Positions 1 to 12,196 of a DNA stretch of 64,000 nt are shown in pieces. The notes beneath the pieces are model-generated. The model searched no databases. It was not told the origin of the DNA and worked only from the letters and a program-made list of their open reading frames with translations. The stretch is from Eledone cirrhosa (lineage: Eukaryota). The stretch is from contig OZ024743.1 in assembly GCA_964016885.1 (NCBI GenBank), forward strand, positions 193,874,001 through 193,938,000. The letters are read 5' to 3'. Position numbers and translations under genes: made by a program. Position 1 is the stretch's first letter. Each line of letters begins with the position of its first letter.

Positions 1-2308
1 TCAAGTATCCATGCACAACTTTTTCTGTAAATTGGTCAATTTGTTCATCTTGTTTGAACATTGAATAGGATCTTCCGATTTCTCTGGGGTAGAGATTTAT
101 ATCAGGCTTTATTCCATATCTCTCCTCCAGATCAGTCGCTATTCTAATGATATATTTTTTTTCATGCTCATAAACCTGGGCAAGATGGTTGCCAACCTTT
201 TTCCTCTGTTGAAGGTGTTGCTTCAGTGTTACTATCCGGGTCTCATATGTTGTTAATATGGATTTTAGACCCCGGCCACCTTCATTGCGTGAGAAGTATA
301 GCCTATCCACATCCCCATTGATGTTAAAGTTCCCAGTAACACTGAGAAGTTTGCGAGTTCTAGCATCCATCTCACTTAGTTCTTGCAATGACCAGTTCAG
401 CAGGCCAAATGTTGGCGTTAGAATTGGCACAGCATAAGTATTGTGGGCAATGTATTTGTTGTACGCTGACAGTTCTGATGACCATATTTTCTTTACTCTT
501 CTGAGGTATTCAGTTGTGGTTCTTTCCTTATTTATGGGTCAATCATATCTGACATTCTCATCCTGTCCAGTTTTACCTGTAGTTGTCACCTGACTGTAGA
601 GGTTGTATTGTCAGGCCGTTCATCTCTAGATTTCTAGAGGAGGGCACAGCTCTTCCACGTTTTACTGCCAAATATGCACACTTGGACTCACCAAATTTCA
701 TTTTGATGTCCGTTGAAAATTGTGTAATGAGGTCCAATTGTTTCTTGATGTCATTGATATTTGGCCCATACAACTTCATGTCATCAACAAAGAAAAGATG
801 GGAGATACTTCTGGACCAACTTCTTGTCCACTTTGTTTCCTGAGTAGGTAAGATAGTGGATTTTGTGAGAGAACGAAGAGTAGCACTGACAAGCTGTCAC
901 CCTGAAAGACGCCCTTCTGGTAATGTATCTTATCAGTCTTAACTTGCTCCTTCTCACCTCTAAGAATCAAATTGGTGTACCAGTTCTTGGTCAGGCGTTC
1001 AACAGCATCTACCAATGGTTGTGGGACTTTGACTAACTGTAAAGCCTTAACAATCCACCCATGAGGTACACTATCAAATGCTTTTCGATAGTCCAGCCAC
1101 ACCACAGTCATGTTTCTGCGATTCTTTGTTGTTTTTTCTTGAATCATTTCATTAGTTAGTAGGTGATCTACGCAACCCCACACCTCTTTCCACCAGCTTG
1201 CTCAGGTGTTATGATGTTGTTGGTAGCACAGTGATCCTGTAAGAACAGGTTAAGGCACCCAGTATATAATTAATACATGATGTTTTGGCAGGCTATTTGG
1301 TGGTAATTTTTAGCAAGGATGGTTCGGCTATTTTGGGGAATGAGGAGAGTAGTGGCAGTTGATAACCATCTGGGCAGTTCTTGTGTGCCTTTAATGGTTT
1401 CTGTAAACAGCCGTATGAGATCTTGCCGATAGAAAGTGAAATTCTTCAACCAGTATCCTGTAATGAAGTCTGGGCCTGGTGATTTCCTATTCGACACTTT
1501 CTGTAGAGCTGTTTCCAGTATTGACCCATCTATGTCATATTGTTTTGTCTGGACAATGTTGGCAGTAGTCCTGTTCCAGTTCTTTTAGTCAATTAGTTTG
1601 TCTGTTGAATCCATCATCCGTTTCCCATACAGATCCCCAGTAGCTCTCAACCTCTTCTTTTGAAGGGGTGTCATTTACAGAGATTGAGCTTTTGCCACCG
1701 AAGCTGCTATAAACTGATTTAGGATCTCTGGCAAACAATCTATTTAGCACTTGTCGTTTATCTGCTGTTGACTTATATTTTAGTCTTTCTGTTGTAGCTG
1801 TGAGTTGTTGTTTCAACTGGTGTAATTTGGAGTTCAAAGTTTTAAATGTTGTATCTCCAAATCGTCTCTAACTTTTTTTTTAGGTCTTCCTGGTGTCGTG
1901 TGAAGTTGCTCTCTATGTTGCATTTCATAACGACTGCGATGTGTGAGATACTTCGTCTCAGGGACAAAATTTTGCTTTTTAAATATCGCATCCACGCTGG
2001 TTCAGGCTTTTTGTTTGTATCTTGATTGCGTGGTTTTAGATGTGTGTTATATGATAGCAATGTGACAGCTGAAACATATAACAAAATATTAAGCGTTTCA
2101 AATGTCGTTTCTACACCTTTAGATCGTATAGCCTTCAGATAATTGCCAGCTATTTCGTTCACCGCTTCCAATTCCAATTTAGTGGGTTCTTTACTGATTC
2201 TGGTGTTGTATGGTCTGTCACTCATATTAAGGCTGTGTATCTCTTGAAACATATCGTCCCATATCACTTGTAAGGTGTCCTCAAGTTTTTTTGGTTCTGT
2301 TTTTGGTT
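1..2308 (-). mobile_element. Decayed R4/Dong-like (RLE-type) non-LTR retrotransposon, RT region; 5'-truncated at (CATA)n and running off the window
   Basis: Frameshifted minus-strand pieces carry RT motifs KSPGPD, WLDYRKAFDSVPH, GVFQGDSLS, LFFVDDMKLY and DRLYFSRNEGGRGL. Confidence 0.8.
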
Positions 2309-2440
2309 TTATGTATGTATGTATGTATGTATGTATGTATGTATGTATGTATGTATGTATGTATGTATGTATGTATGTATGTATGTATGTATGTATGCGT
2401 GTGTGTATGTATGTATGTGTGAGTGTATGTATGTGTATAT
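2309..2440. repeat. (TATG)n microsatellite
   Basis: Seen directly. Confidence 0.95.
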
Positions 2441-3423
2441 GGTTATTTGGCTGGCTGGTTGGTTTGCTGGTCGTTTGATTGGTTGGTTGGCTGGTTGGTT
2501 GGTTGGTTGGTTGGTTGATTGGTTGGTTGGCTGGCTGGTTGGTTGGCTGGTTGGCTGACTGGTTGGTTGAGTGGTTGGTTGGTTGGTTGGCTCATTGGTT
2601 AGTTGGCTGGTTGGCTGGCTGGTTGGTTGGTTGGCTGGTTGGTTGGCTGATTGGTTGGTTGGTTGTTTGACTGGTTGGTTGGCTGGTTGGTTGGTTGCTT
2701 GGTTAGCTGAATGGTTGGTTGGTTGGTTGACTGGTTGGTTGGCTGGCTGGTTGATTGGTTGGCTGGTTGGCTGGCTGTTTGGTTGGTTGGCTGGCTGGTT
2801 GGCTGGCTGGTTGGTTGATTGGTTGGTTGGTTGGCTCATTGGTTAGTTGGCTGGTTGGCGGGCTGGTTGGCTGGTTGGCTGGCTGGTTGGTTGGTTGGCT
2901 GGTTGGTTGGCTGGTTGGTTGGTTGCTTGGTTGGCTGGTTGGCTGGCTGGTTGGTTGGTTGGTTAGCTGAATGTTTGGTTGGTTGGTTGGTTGACTGGTT
3001 GGTTGGTTGGTTGGCTGGTTGACTGGTTGGTTGGCTGGCTGGTTGGTTGGTTGTCTGGTTGGCTGTATGGTTGGTTGGCTGGTTGGCTGGCTGGTTGGCT
3101 GGTTGGTTGGTTGGCTGGTTGGCGGCTGGTTGGTTGGTTGGTTGGCTGGTTGGCTGGTTGGCTGGTTAGTTTGCTGGTTGATTGTTTAGTTCGCTGGTTG
3201 GCTGGCTGGCTGGTTGGCTGGTTGACTGGTTGGTTGGTTGGCCGGCTGGTTGGCTGGCTGGTTGGTTGGTTGGCTAGCTGGTTGGCTCGTTGGGTGGCTG
3301 GTTGGTTGATTGGCTGGTTGGCTGGCTGGTTGGTTGGTTGGTTGGCTGGTTAGCTGGTTGGTTGGCTGGTTGGTTGGTTGGCTGATTGGCTGGTTGGTTG
3401 GTTGGCTGATTGGCTGGTTGGTT
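2441..3423. repeat. About 1 kb degenerate (TGGT/TGGC)n tetranucleotide array
   Basis: Seen directly. Confidence 0.95.
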
Positions 3424-3658
3424 ACATTACCTCAGAGAGTATGACAAACAAACCTACATCCCACGCAGAGAACCCCTCCAACACACATACCCCTCACTCT
3501 CACACACACATACATACACCGCCTACACAAACATACACACTCAACCATATACACACACACACACACACACACTCACACAGACAGATAGACAACATTTCAA
3601 GACTGAGAAATGTCTAATTATAAAGTTATTGAAAGATGAAACTTCACAAAACAGTGGA

Positions 3659-3738
<80 letters not shown>

Positions 3739-3850
3739 GGTATAGAAAATATTGTAGCAAAAAGCCAATAAGTATATATATGTATGTGTATATATATATG
3801 TATGTGTGTGATTGTGTGTATGTATATATATATGTATGTATATCTGTATA

Positions 3851-3886
<36 letters not shown>

Positions 3887-3919
3887 TGTATGTATGTATG
3901 TATGTATGTATGTATATAT

Positions 3920-4328
3920 GAGAGATGACCCCTTAGCCTTTGTCAAGGCAGAATTCTTGGAGAAGGAAAACTCTGATATAACACCTGCAACCCTGATGGT
4001 ATCCAATTATGTTGACTTGTTCTTCTTTTTGGTAAATATCATCTTGGTTAAGAGAGTGGGACTGGCTTTGTGCAGTGCCTTTGCTCACTATAAAAGCTTC
4101 ACGGCACAGGCATTGCTTTATATCTGGAGATCTCTCTGCACTTGTCGTCACATGGTACCATGGGCCCAGCACTATGTGTCAATAATTGTCACAAGTGTAG
4201 TGTTTGTATCAGAGTTTTCAAGTCTCTGGCTGGACTAAAAAGTCACACTCGTTCAGCGCATCGGTAGGGGTTCTCCTACATGGATATAAAGTAGTGGCCG
4301 TACTCGAAAACGAGTTGGCAGCCACCAT
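3920..4328 (+). mobile_element. Short non-autonomous RTE-derived element, copy 1
   Basis: Near-identical to 4577-4985, 29988-30393 and 31155-31533. Fixed 3' end (GGCAGCCACC plus ATGT tail) and a C2H2 remnant CSVCIRVFKSLAGLKSHTRSAH at 4196-4261. Confidence 0.7.
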
Positions 4329-4380
4329 GTATGTATGTGTGAATGTATGTATGTATCTATGTATGTGTGTATGTATCTAT

Positions 4381-4985
4381 GTCAGGTCACCAGTTGGTGC
4401 AACTGGTAACATATATTCCAGTACAACCTGTCCCATGGTTGGGTCGTTGGCGACTAAACTGGCAACCCCACCAAGGTTTCTTGGTGAGGAGGGTGACTTT
4501 GGACATCCTGCAGGACTAAAAACCTGTCAAAGGGCAAAGGAGCTCTTAAGAGTCAATGGCCATCCAAAATCACCGGGAGAGATGACTCCTTAGCCTTTGT
4601 CAAGGCAGAATTCTAGGAGAGAGAAAACTCTGATATAACACCTGCAACCCTGATGGTATCCAATGATGTTGACTTGTTCTTCTTTTTGGTAAATATTATC
4701 TTGGTTAAGAGAGTGGGACTGGCTTTGTGCAGTGCCTTTGCTCACTATAAAAGCTTCACGGCACAGGCATTGCTTTATATCTGGAGATCTCTCTGCACTT
4801 GTCGTCACATGGTACCATGGGCCCAGCACTATGTGTCAATAATTGTCACAAGTGTAGTGTTTGTACCAGAGTTTTCAAGTCGCTGGCTGGACTAAAAAGT
4901 CACACTCGTTCAGCGCATCGGTAGGGGTTCTCCTACATGGATATAAAGTAGTGGCCGTACTCGAAAGCGAGTTGGCAGCCACCAT
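4381..4985 (+). mobile_element. Short non-autonomous RTE-derived element, copy 2 (longest)
   Basis: Same body as copy 1 plus about 200 bp extra at the 5' end, with RTE 5'UTR-like motifs (GGCAACCCCACC...TAAAAAC; CTAGGAGA-GAAAACTCTGA). Confidence 0.7.
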
Positions 4986-5536
4986 GTATCTATGTATGTA
5001 TGTGTGTATGTATGTATATGTGAATGTATGTATGTATGTATGTATGTATCTATGTATGTATGTATGTATGTATATGTGAATGTATGTATGTATGAATGTA
5101 TGTATATGTGAATATATGTATGTATGAATGTATGTATGTATGAATGTATATATGTATATATGTATGTATGTAAGTATGTATGTATGTAAATATGTATGTA
5201 TGTAAGTATGTAAGTATGTATGTGTTCTTTACAAAAGAAACCAAGCTGTTTATCAGCTGTGGTCTATAGTTTCGTATCATTTACACCAGCACTCAACTTT
5301 ATTTATTTACTCGACTAACCTTTCCGCTCATTCCTTGCCAAAAAGACTACGGCTGTAATATATCAGATATATGAGAGAGGAGTTGAGGAGAGGGAAGATT
5401 TGAAGAAGGATTAGGTTAAAGTTACTTTACAACTTCTGTCACATGTGTTGACTAGAGTTGACTGGTTGCTTGCTCAACTGGGAAGCACAAATATTTCGGT
5501 TGAAAGTATGGAAAATATCAAACCCAAATATATCCT

Positions 5537-5569
5537 ATATGTTGGTAATGGTGGCGATAACGATGACGA

Positions 5570-5604
<35 letters not shown>

Positions 5605-5734
5605 GTGGTGGTGATTATGGTGATGATGGTGATGATGATGATGATGATGATGATGATGGTGATAGTGGTGATGGTGATGGTGATGGTGATGGTGATGATG
5701 ATGATGATGGTGGTGGTGATTATGGTGATGATGG

Positions 5735-5769
<35 letters not shown>

Positions 5770-5808
5770 GTGATGGTGATGATGGTGATGGTGATGATGG
5801 TGATGGTA

Positions 5809-5840
<32 letters not shown>

Positions 5841-5926
5841 GGTGATGATGATGTTGCTGATGATGATGGTGGTGATGATGATGGTGATCATAATGATGAT
5901 GGTAATGATGGTGATGATGATGATGG

Positions 5927-5966
<40 letters not shown>

Positions 5967-6265
5967 CATAATGATGATGGTAATGATGGTGATGATGATG
6001 ATGGTGATGATGATGATGATGATGGTGGTGATGATGATGATGATGACACTTGTAATGATGATGATGACGGTGATGGTGATGATGATGATGGTAATGATGA
6101 TGATGATAATTGTGATGATGATGATGATGATGATGATGAGAGTAATGCTGATGATGATAATTGTGCTAATGATGAAGATGATGATGAGGATGATGGTGGT
6201 GGTGATGATGCTGACGATGATCGTGATCATGATTATGATCGCTATCATCATCATCATCATCAACA
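5537..6265. repeat. Compound (GAT/GGT)n trinucleotide array
   Basis: Seen directly; produces spurious poly-D/M/I ORFs. Confidence 0.95.
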
Positions 6266-6571
6266 TCCTTAATATCAACATGTCGACATTAATGGTGACG
6301 ATGTCGATAATGATGACTATTCTGAAGGTTATTACCAGTGTAATAAGACTCTTTTACTGTAGGGAATAGAAAGCTGAACGTAACTACATAACAACAGGAT
6401 GGAAGTGAGATAGTAGATACAGTAACACACTTCAGTGTTTAGTTTCCTCTTTAACCTAAGTAGTACAATACAAGTTCGAATATGACTTTCATTATCATCA
6501 CTAGCAGAATAACCCCCCCCCCCCAGGTGGTTTTCTTCTAGCATGTGTAGTGTGAATATTGATATTATACG

Positions 6572-6634
<63 letters not shown>

Positions 6635-7185
6635 TTAAGGATACTATTTATGGTTATGTATATACTAAAACTTTTTATAGTTATATATATTTTAAACCCT
6701 AAACAGTGAAAGACAGTAATTTATTACTACCTTATTACCAGTAAGATAAATAGCTCAATGTAATAACATCAGTTGTTCTACAGAGCAGTTATATAGAAGT
6801 TATATATAGTTCTATATATATATATAAATATAGATATGATACATCAAATGAAATCATAATTGACAATATACGCAACAATTGAATGAAGTCTGCGTTATAC
6901 TCTCTTCTGTAATCAGTAAAATAATCCATGATACATTAAAAAAAAAGACGATATTATATATAAACTACATTACGAGAAATTTAGTGACGGAAATATATGA
7001 ATGTTTTTATAAGCGATGTAATAAATGTTATAATATAACGGGCGCTAACCGGAAGTGTTGACATTTGAAAATTTTAAAGAAGTGAATCTTAAAATAAGCA
7101 ATAAAATTATTTATATTTAATCAAGAGTTACGAAATTTAGTACATAAATTATGTAATATTCATTCATTATTTATCCAAAATAAGA

Positions 7186-7378
7186 GTGGTGGATTGGCAG
7201 TATCGGTAGAGTGTCGGACGCGCCATGCTTTGACGCATAGTTACGTCCCTTTACGATCTGAGTTCAAATCCTGCCGAGGTTGACTTTGCCTTTCATCCTT
7301 ACGGGGTCGATAAAATAAAGTACCAGTAATGCACTGGGTAATTTGCTGGCCTTGTGCCTAAAGTAGAAACAATTATTT
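7186..7378 (+). mobile_element. tRNA-headed SINE with Nin/Deu-like central domain (family A, short-tail subtype)
   Basis: A-box-like TGGCAGTATCGG, B-box GAGTTCAAATCC, core CTTTCATCCTTACGGGGTCGATAAAATAAAGTACCAG; more than 20 copies in the window. Confidence 0.85.
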
Positions 7379-7481
7379 ATTCAAAATAATCCAACTTATT
7401 TTACAAACCGGATAAAAAAATATATTCTGGACGCAGTCCCGCGCTCCTCGCTTTATTATAGTTAAGGTTTCGGGAGTTGGA

Positions 7482-7700
7482 GGTGGATTGGCAGCATCGG
7501 TAGAGGATCTGAGAACAGGCTTTGTTGCATATAGTTACGGCCCTTTACGTTCTGAGTTTAAATCTCACAGAGGTTAGCTTCACCTTTCATCCTTACAGGG
7601 TCTATAAAATAAAGTACCAGTCGCGCACTGGAGTCAATTTAATCGACTTTTCCCTCCCACACCATTGCTGGCTTTGTGCCTAAATCAGAAACCGTTATTA
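7482..7700 (+). mobile_element. SINE family A (long-tail subtype)
   Basis: Same head and core, with an extra GTCAATTTAATCGAC segment. Confidence 0.8.
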
Positions 7701-8257
7701 TCACTTCTAGGGTTATTAAAGGGGTACCAGATTATAAAATCAGACATCAGCAGTAATAACATAGTATTAAATATATAAAAAATCAATCGTAAACAAGAGT
7801 CAGATTAGCCTTATGATCAAACACTTTATATGACTATATATTGTATGTATGTCTGCAAGTTTGGATGTCGACCTTGGGTTGCCCGAGGGCACTTCAGGTT
7901 TGAGGGAGGGGGCTCATACACAAACAATTAGAATACAAAGCAACCCACCCAATTTTACATATCGAGTTATATATACAAGTATTAAATTCAGAAATTCTAA
8001 CCATCCTAAAACTAAAATGCCCAACCGTCGCATGTGCCCATCCCACTGCAATCGCAATTGTCCCCTTTGCACCCCCTTAAATCCGGCTCTGTTTGTATGG
8101 ACCCGTGGTACCGTAGTGACATACGGCGTACCATGGGCATTAAAAAAGGTCTGAACATCTGGAAACGGACGATTGCTTTCAAAGAAGAGAGGATCTGGCC
8201 TTGTGACTGTTATAAAGAATTATATATATACATTTTGCACACGTGTATATATATGTA

Positions 8258-8340
<83 letters not shown>

Positions 8341-8341
8341 A

Positions 8342-8410
<69 letters not shown>

Positions 8411-8564
8411 CAAAGAGGGTGTGGTAAGATACCAGAGTACTCAATAGTTAGGTTAGTAGAGTGGGTAATACGAAAAGAGTCGGAGTTCGGATCTAGATGT
8501 CGAAACGGCCGGAGCTAAGCCGTCAGGGTCCTGACATTTTTCCTCTCTCTATATAATATCTATC

Positions 8565-8639
<75 letters not shown>

Positions 8640-9000
8640 ATATCTATATAATGTTACCATACGTATCTCTCTCTTTGTTTTTACTATCATCTCTCTTTCC
8701 TTTTCTCTCTCTCCTCCTGTTAGCTCTCTCGCTCTCTCATTTTCTCCCTCTATTATACGGAGGTATACATATTTAATTATTTAAATTTTTAACAGCTATG
8801 TAGTTTTATGTCTATATTTATTACTTGCCTTTATATATACTTATTATATTTATTATTATATATTTTATACTCATTTTCCTACGCACCCTCTTTATTATAT
8901 GTAGTTTTTTATGTTTTAACTTATGGTATATAAATATTGAGTTATGTCATAACTAATCACTGCCAAGACTCGATATGTTGAGGTATGTCAGACATCAATT

Positions 9001-9066
9001 TATTTTATCTGATGAGGACGTACAGATAATATAGCTCAGTACCCCTGAAATATGTATAATAAAATA
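9001..9066 (+). ncRNA. Minimal type I hammerhead ribozyme motif, probably from a Penelope-like pLTR
   Basis: TATTTTAT-CTGATGA-GGACGTAC..GTACCCCT-GAAA-TATGTA-TA-ATAAAATA; perfect 8-bp stem I; homologous to 49966-50020. Confidence 0.75.
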
Positions 9067-9108
9067 TATTTGATCACATGAATATCTATATTTATTAATA
9101 TTTTGAAG

Positions 9109-9142
<34 letters not shown>

Positions 9143-9974
9143 GAATAATCGAGTATCGAAAAATCGGCGCACGAGTTCACGATAAACAAAATTCGAAATG
9201 AGCGGCAGAGGGCTCAATAATTCAGATAAATCAGAGCTATAACTATCGTTAAAATACCGTCACACATAGAACAAGTCTATAATCAACCGTACGACCGAAA
9301 AATTGCGATCTGGAAGATTCGGGACACTCAGATAAAATATCAATAAATCAATAAATCAAATGAATGTAAAAAGCATACCCGGACCCGCTAGAAAGATGGT
9401 AAATCTAGCTTCTTGGGTTTCTGTCAGCTCACATAAAAATATATAAGACTTCTAGGAGCCAGCGGACCGGAATTTACTTCCTCAACGAGCCTTTGTCCGA
9501 ACGAATGAAAAGGCATAACCCAGGCTGAAAAAGCACATGGAATTCAGCAAGGGAGATAACCTCTACATCCGCAAAAAATATTCGGGAAAATGTGGAAATA
9601 CACATATCGAATAAGAGTGCTCAATAGACATGTTAAAATAAACAGGAGCTATTCATCACTTAATAGAATCGACAAAAAATGAACAATAAAATTAACTGGT
9701 CAATAGCTAGGTCTAGAGCTAAATATAGTAGAATAATCGAATATATATATATATATATATCTGGGATGGACACATGTGTTAAACTTGCTCGGTAAGTTTT
9801 GTTTAAATTTCTTTAGAAATTCGTCATTGTGAACTTTTATTTTTATACCAATTTGTAGAGCGACTGACAGGTCAAATTTTGATCTAGTCAGTCTCCCAAA
9901 ATATCGTGCCCCTCAGAGCAAAAACATCAACATATTTTCGAAAATATTTTGCAAAACACTTCAATTTTTTTTAA

Positions 9975-11767
9975 ATGGCCGAAGCAAAGGCACCTGCTTC
10001 TTTGTCAATACAAGAAGATGGGAAGGGAAAGCCATGCCTACTTCACCAGCAGGTAGTAGCAGACATGGACAAAGGAATGCAAACATTATTACCTCAACAT
10101 TTAGAAGAGGAACAAGCTTCAGTTGCTTGTAAGCAACTGAACACGCCTGACGTCACAACGTCACATGTATCCACACACAGAAGGAAGAATGTGTAGCAAA
10201 CACTAACACCACCACAACCAACAATAACAACAACACAATAAATGAGAACAACAACAATACAACAAAAGGAATCAGTGGAAACACAACGAATGAGACCATC
10301 ATCAACACCAACAACAATAACAAAATTTCATTTGCAGCAACCGTTGCTAAGCAACAGGATTTTAAATATTACCCCATAGACATTTCCCAAAAGTCCCAAT
10401 ATTTGGAAGAAGCTTCTAACTATGTGACGTTTGAGGGAGACACCCAACACATACACATACCCCCACAAGTAAGAGAGATGACACAGAAAAAGAAACTGAT
10501 CTATAGAACAGTTGACATCATTACCAAAAAAACCCATAACGCTCCCAACAAGCACTATTGAAGCTGCACTAAAAGATATCAAGCCAGACGTGGCATACCT
10601 CCAAAGACCTAAACAGTATGGAAGTGTGTCAGTGCTCTTTAAGAGCGAAACTCTGGCACAAAAACACTCGGTTCACCCAATAAAACGGATCAACACATCT
10701 TCTTCCCCACATACATGGGAAGAAGATCCTACAAAATAAAAATAACCAGGATCCCAGCAGAGGTCAACATATGGTGGATCCTACGCTGCATCTTGAAGAA
10801 GGATGAGGACACACTCCTATCTATAGACAGGACAGACCGGAATAACTGGCTTGGAACCTGCATCGAGTTTCTGGTACAAATGAGGCCAGAGAGAGTTGAG
10901 AAAATAGCGGGCAGGATCGTCCTTGAGGAAGATGTCATCTTCATTTTAGTGGAGGGGAAAATACCTCAGTGCCATAAGTGTGGGAAAACCACACACTTAA
11001 AGGCCTTTTGCCCTCTCTTCTCTCTTAAACAAACCGAGGACAAACAAGGTGTTATAACCAACAACAAAACCCCAACATCAACACCCCAAACCAAACACAA
11101 CACAAAAACCTGCAACATCCACTCCCACACTACCATAGACAAGAGACAACCACACACACAAAATCCCACTGAAAAACCCCCCATTGCCTCCTCCCTCCCT
11201 GTCAAATACTTCCACAAAGACCTGCACAAAGACGCCACCACACAACATACTACGCCTGATTCAGAAATCTCAGACACGGGAACCTCTACATCTCCAAGTG
11301 AGAATGAAGAGGAACCCCAAAAATCCAAAAAACAAAAAAGAGACAAAAAAAAACAGAAAAACAAAAACATCTACAGAAAACACGCACACACCCAACCCCA
11401 CCATAAACACACCGCCACAAACGACAAACACACCAACAACACAAACACCACCAACACAACCAAACACTTCACCAACAAAACAAACACCCACACCACCACA
11501 ATGACAAACCCCAACCACAAAAAGAAAACTACAAACAGAAACAGTACACATAAAAAACAAAACACATTACATATACATAAAAACAACAAACAAAGAACTA
11601 GTAGAAACTGTCCGAAAGGACCCTACTATCCAAACGGAAGGGAAAACCTTCCCCACCAACGACCCACCCCAAACCTCAAACTGATCAGGGTAACAACCCT
11701 AAAACATGAAACATTGACACAAACAGCGGACAACAGAGGCCATGTACCGTTCCTCTCCGACAGATAA
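9975..11767 (+). pseudogene. Tx1 ORF1 (gag-like), frameshifted
   Basis: Zinc knuckle CHKCGKTTHLKAFC in ORF 10715-11767, preceded by an RRM-like segment and followed by a low-complexity K/T/N tail. Confidence 0.7.
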
Positions 11768-12196
11768 CTCCCCCCCCCCCCCGGAAACCCCCCAGTTGAT
11801 GGATGCGAATCCGAAATATAGGGACTATTAAATCTCTCCCAAGGTAACTCTATCTCGTGTTGTTATTTTTATTTTTTACGCTCTTTCCTACGTTCCTATA
11901 CATCTCATTCTACATTCCCTTACATTTCTCTTTTCACTACCGGATTCTGTTATCCGGAGATTTACCCCTCTGCATTGTGGAGGCTTCCAAAACGAACAAA
12001 AGATTTTTTATATAATGAGACCTTCCCACATGATGTGGGCCCCCTTGCCAAAAACCCCTTAACCGTGTCCTGCTAAAAGGATTCCCTCCCTACCCAAACA
12101 CCCCCAATCTGGACATGGAGATTGAACAACCCGACCTCCAGGACACGAAAAGGTAAGTGTTCCTGCCTTTTCTCTCCCTAACTCTTCCTCACCAGC

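Noticed and set aside
2275-3617. WLVG/QPTN repeat ORFs
   Set aside because: Translation artefacts of a tetranucleotide repeat.
5445-6369. Poly-Asp and poly-Met ORFs (acidic biomineral-like protein)
   Set aside because: Pure (GAT)n microsatellite open in several frames on both strands, with no signal peptide or splice context.
7186-7275. tRNA gene from A/B-box motifs
   Set aside because: No cloverleaf; it is the head of a multicopy SINE.
8470-8515. GTCGAAACGGCCG, resembling a hammerhead 3' half
   Set aside because: No CUGANGA upstream and no UH cleavage site.
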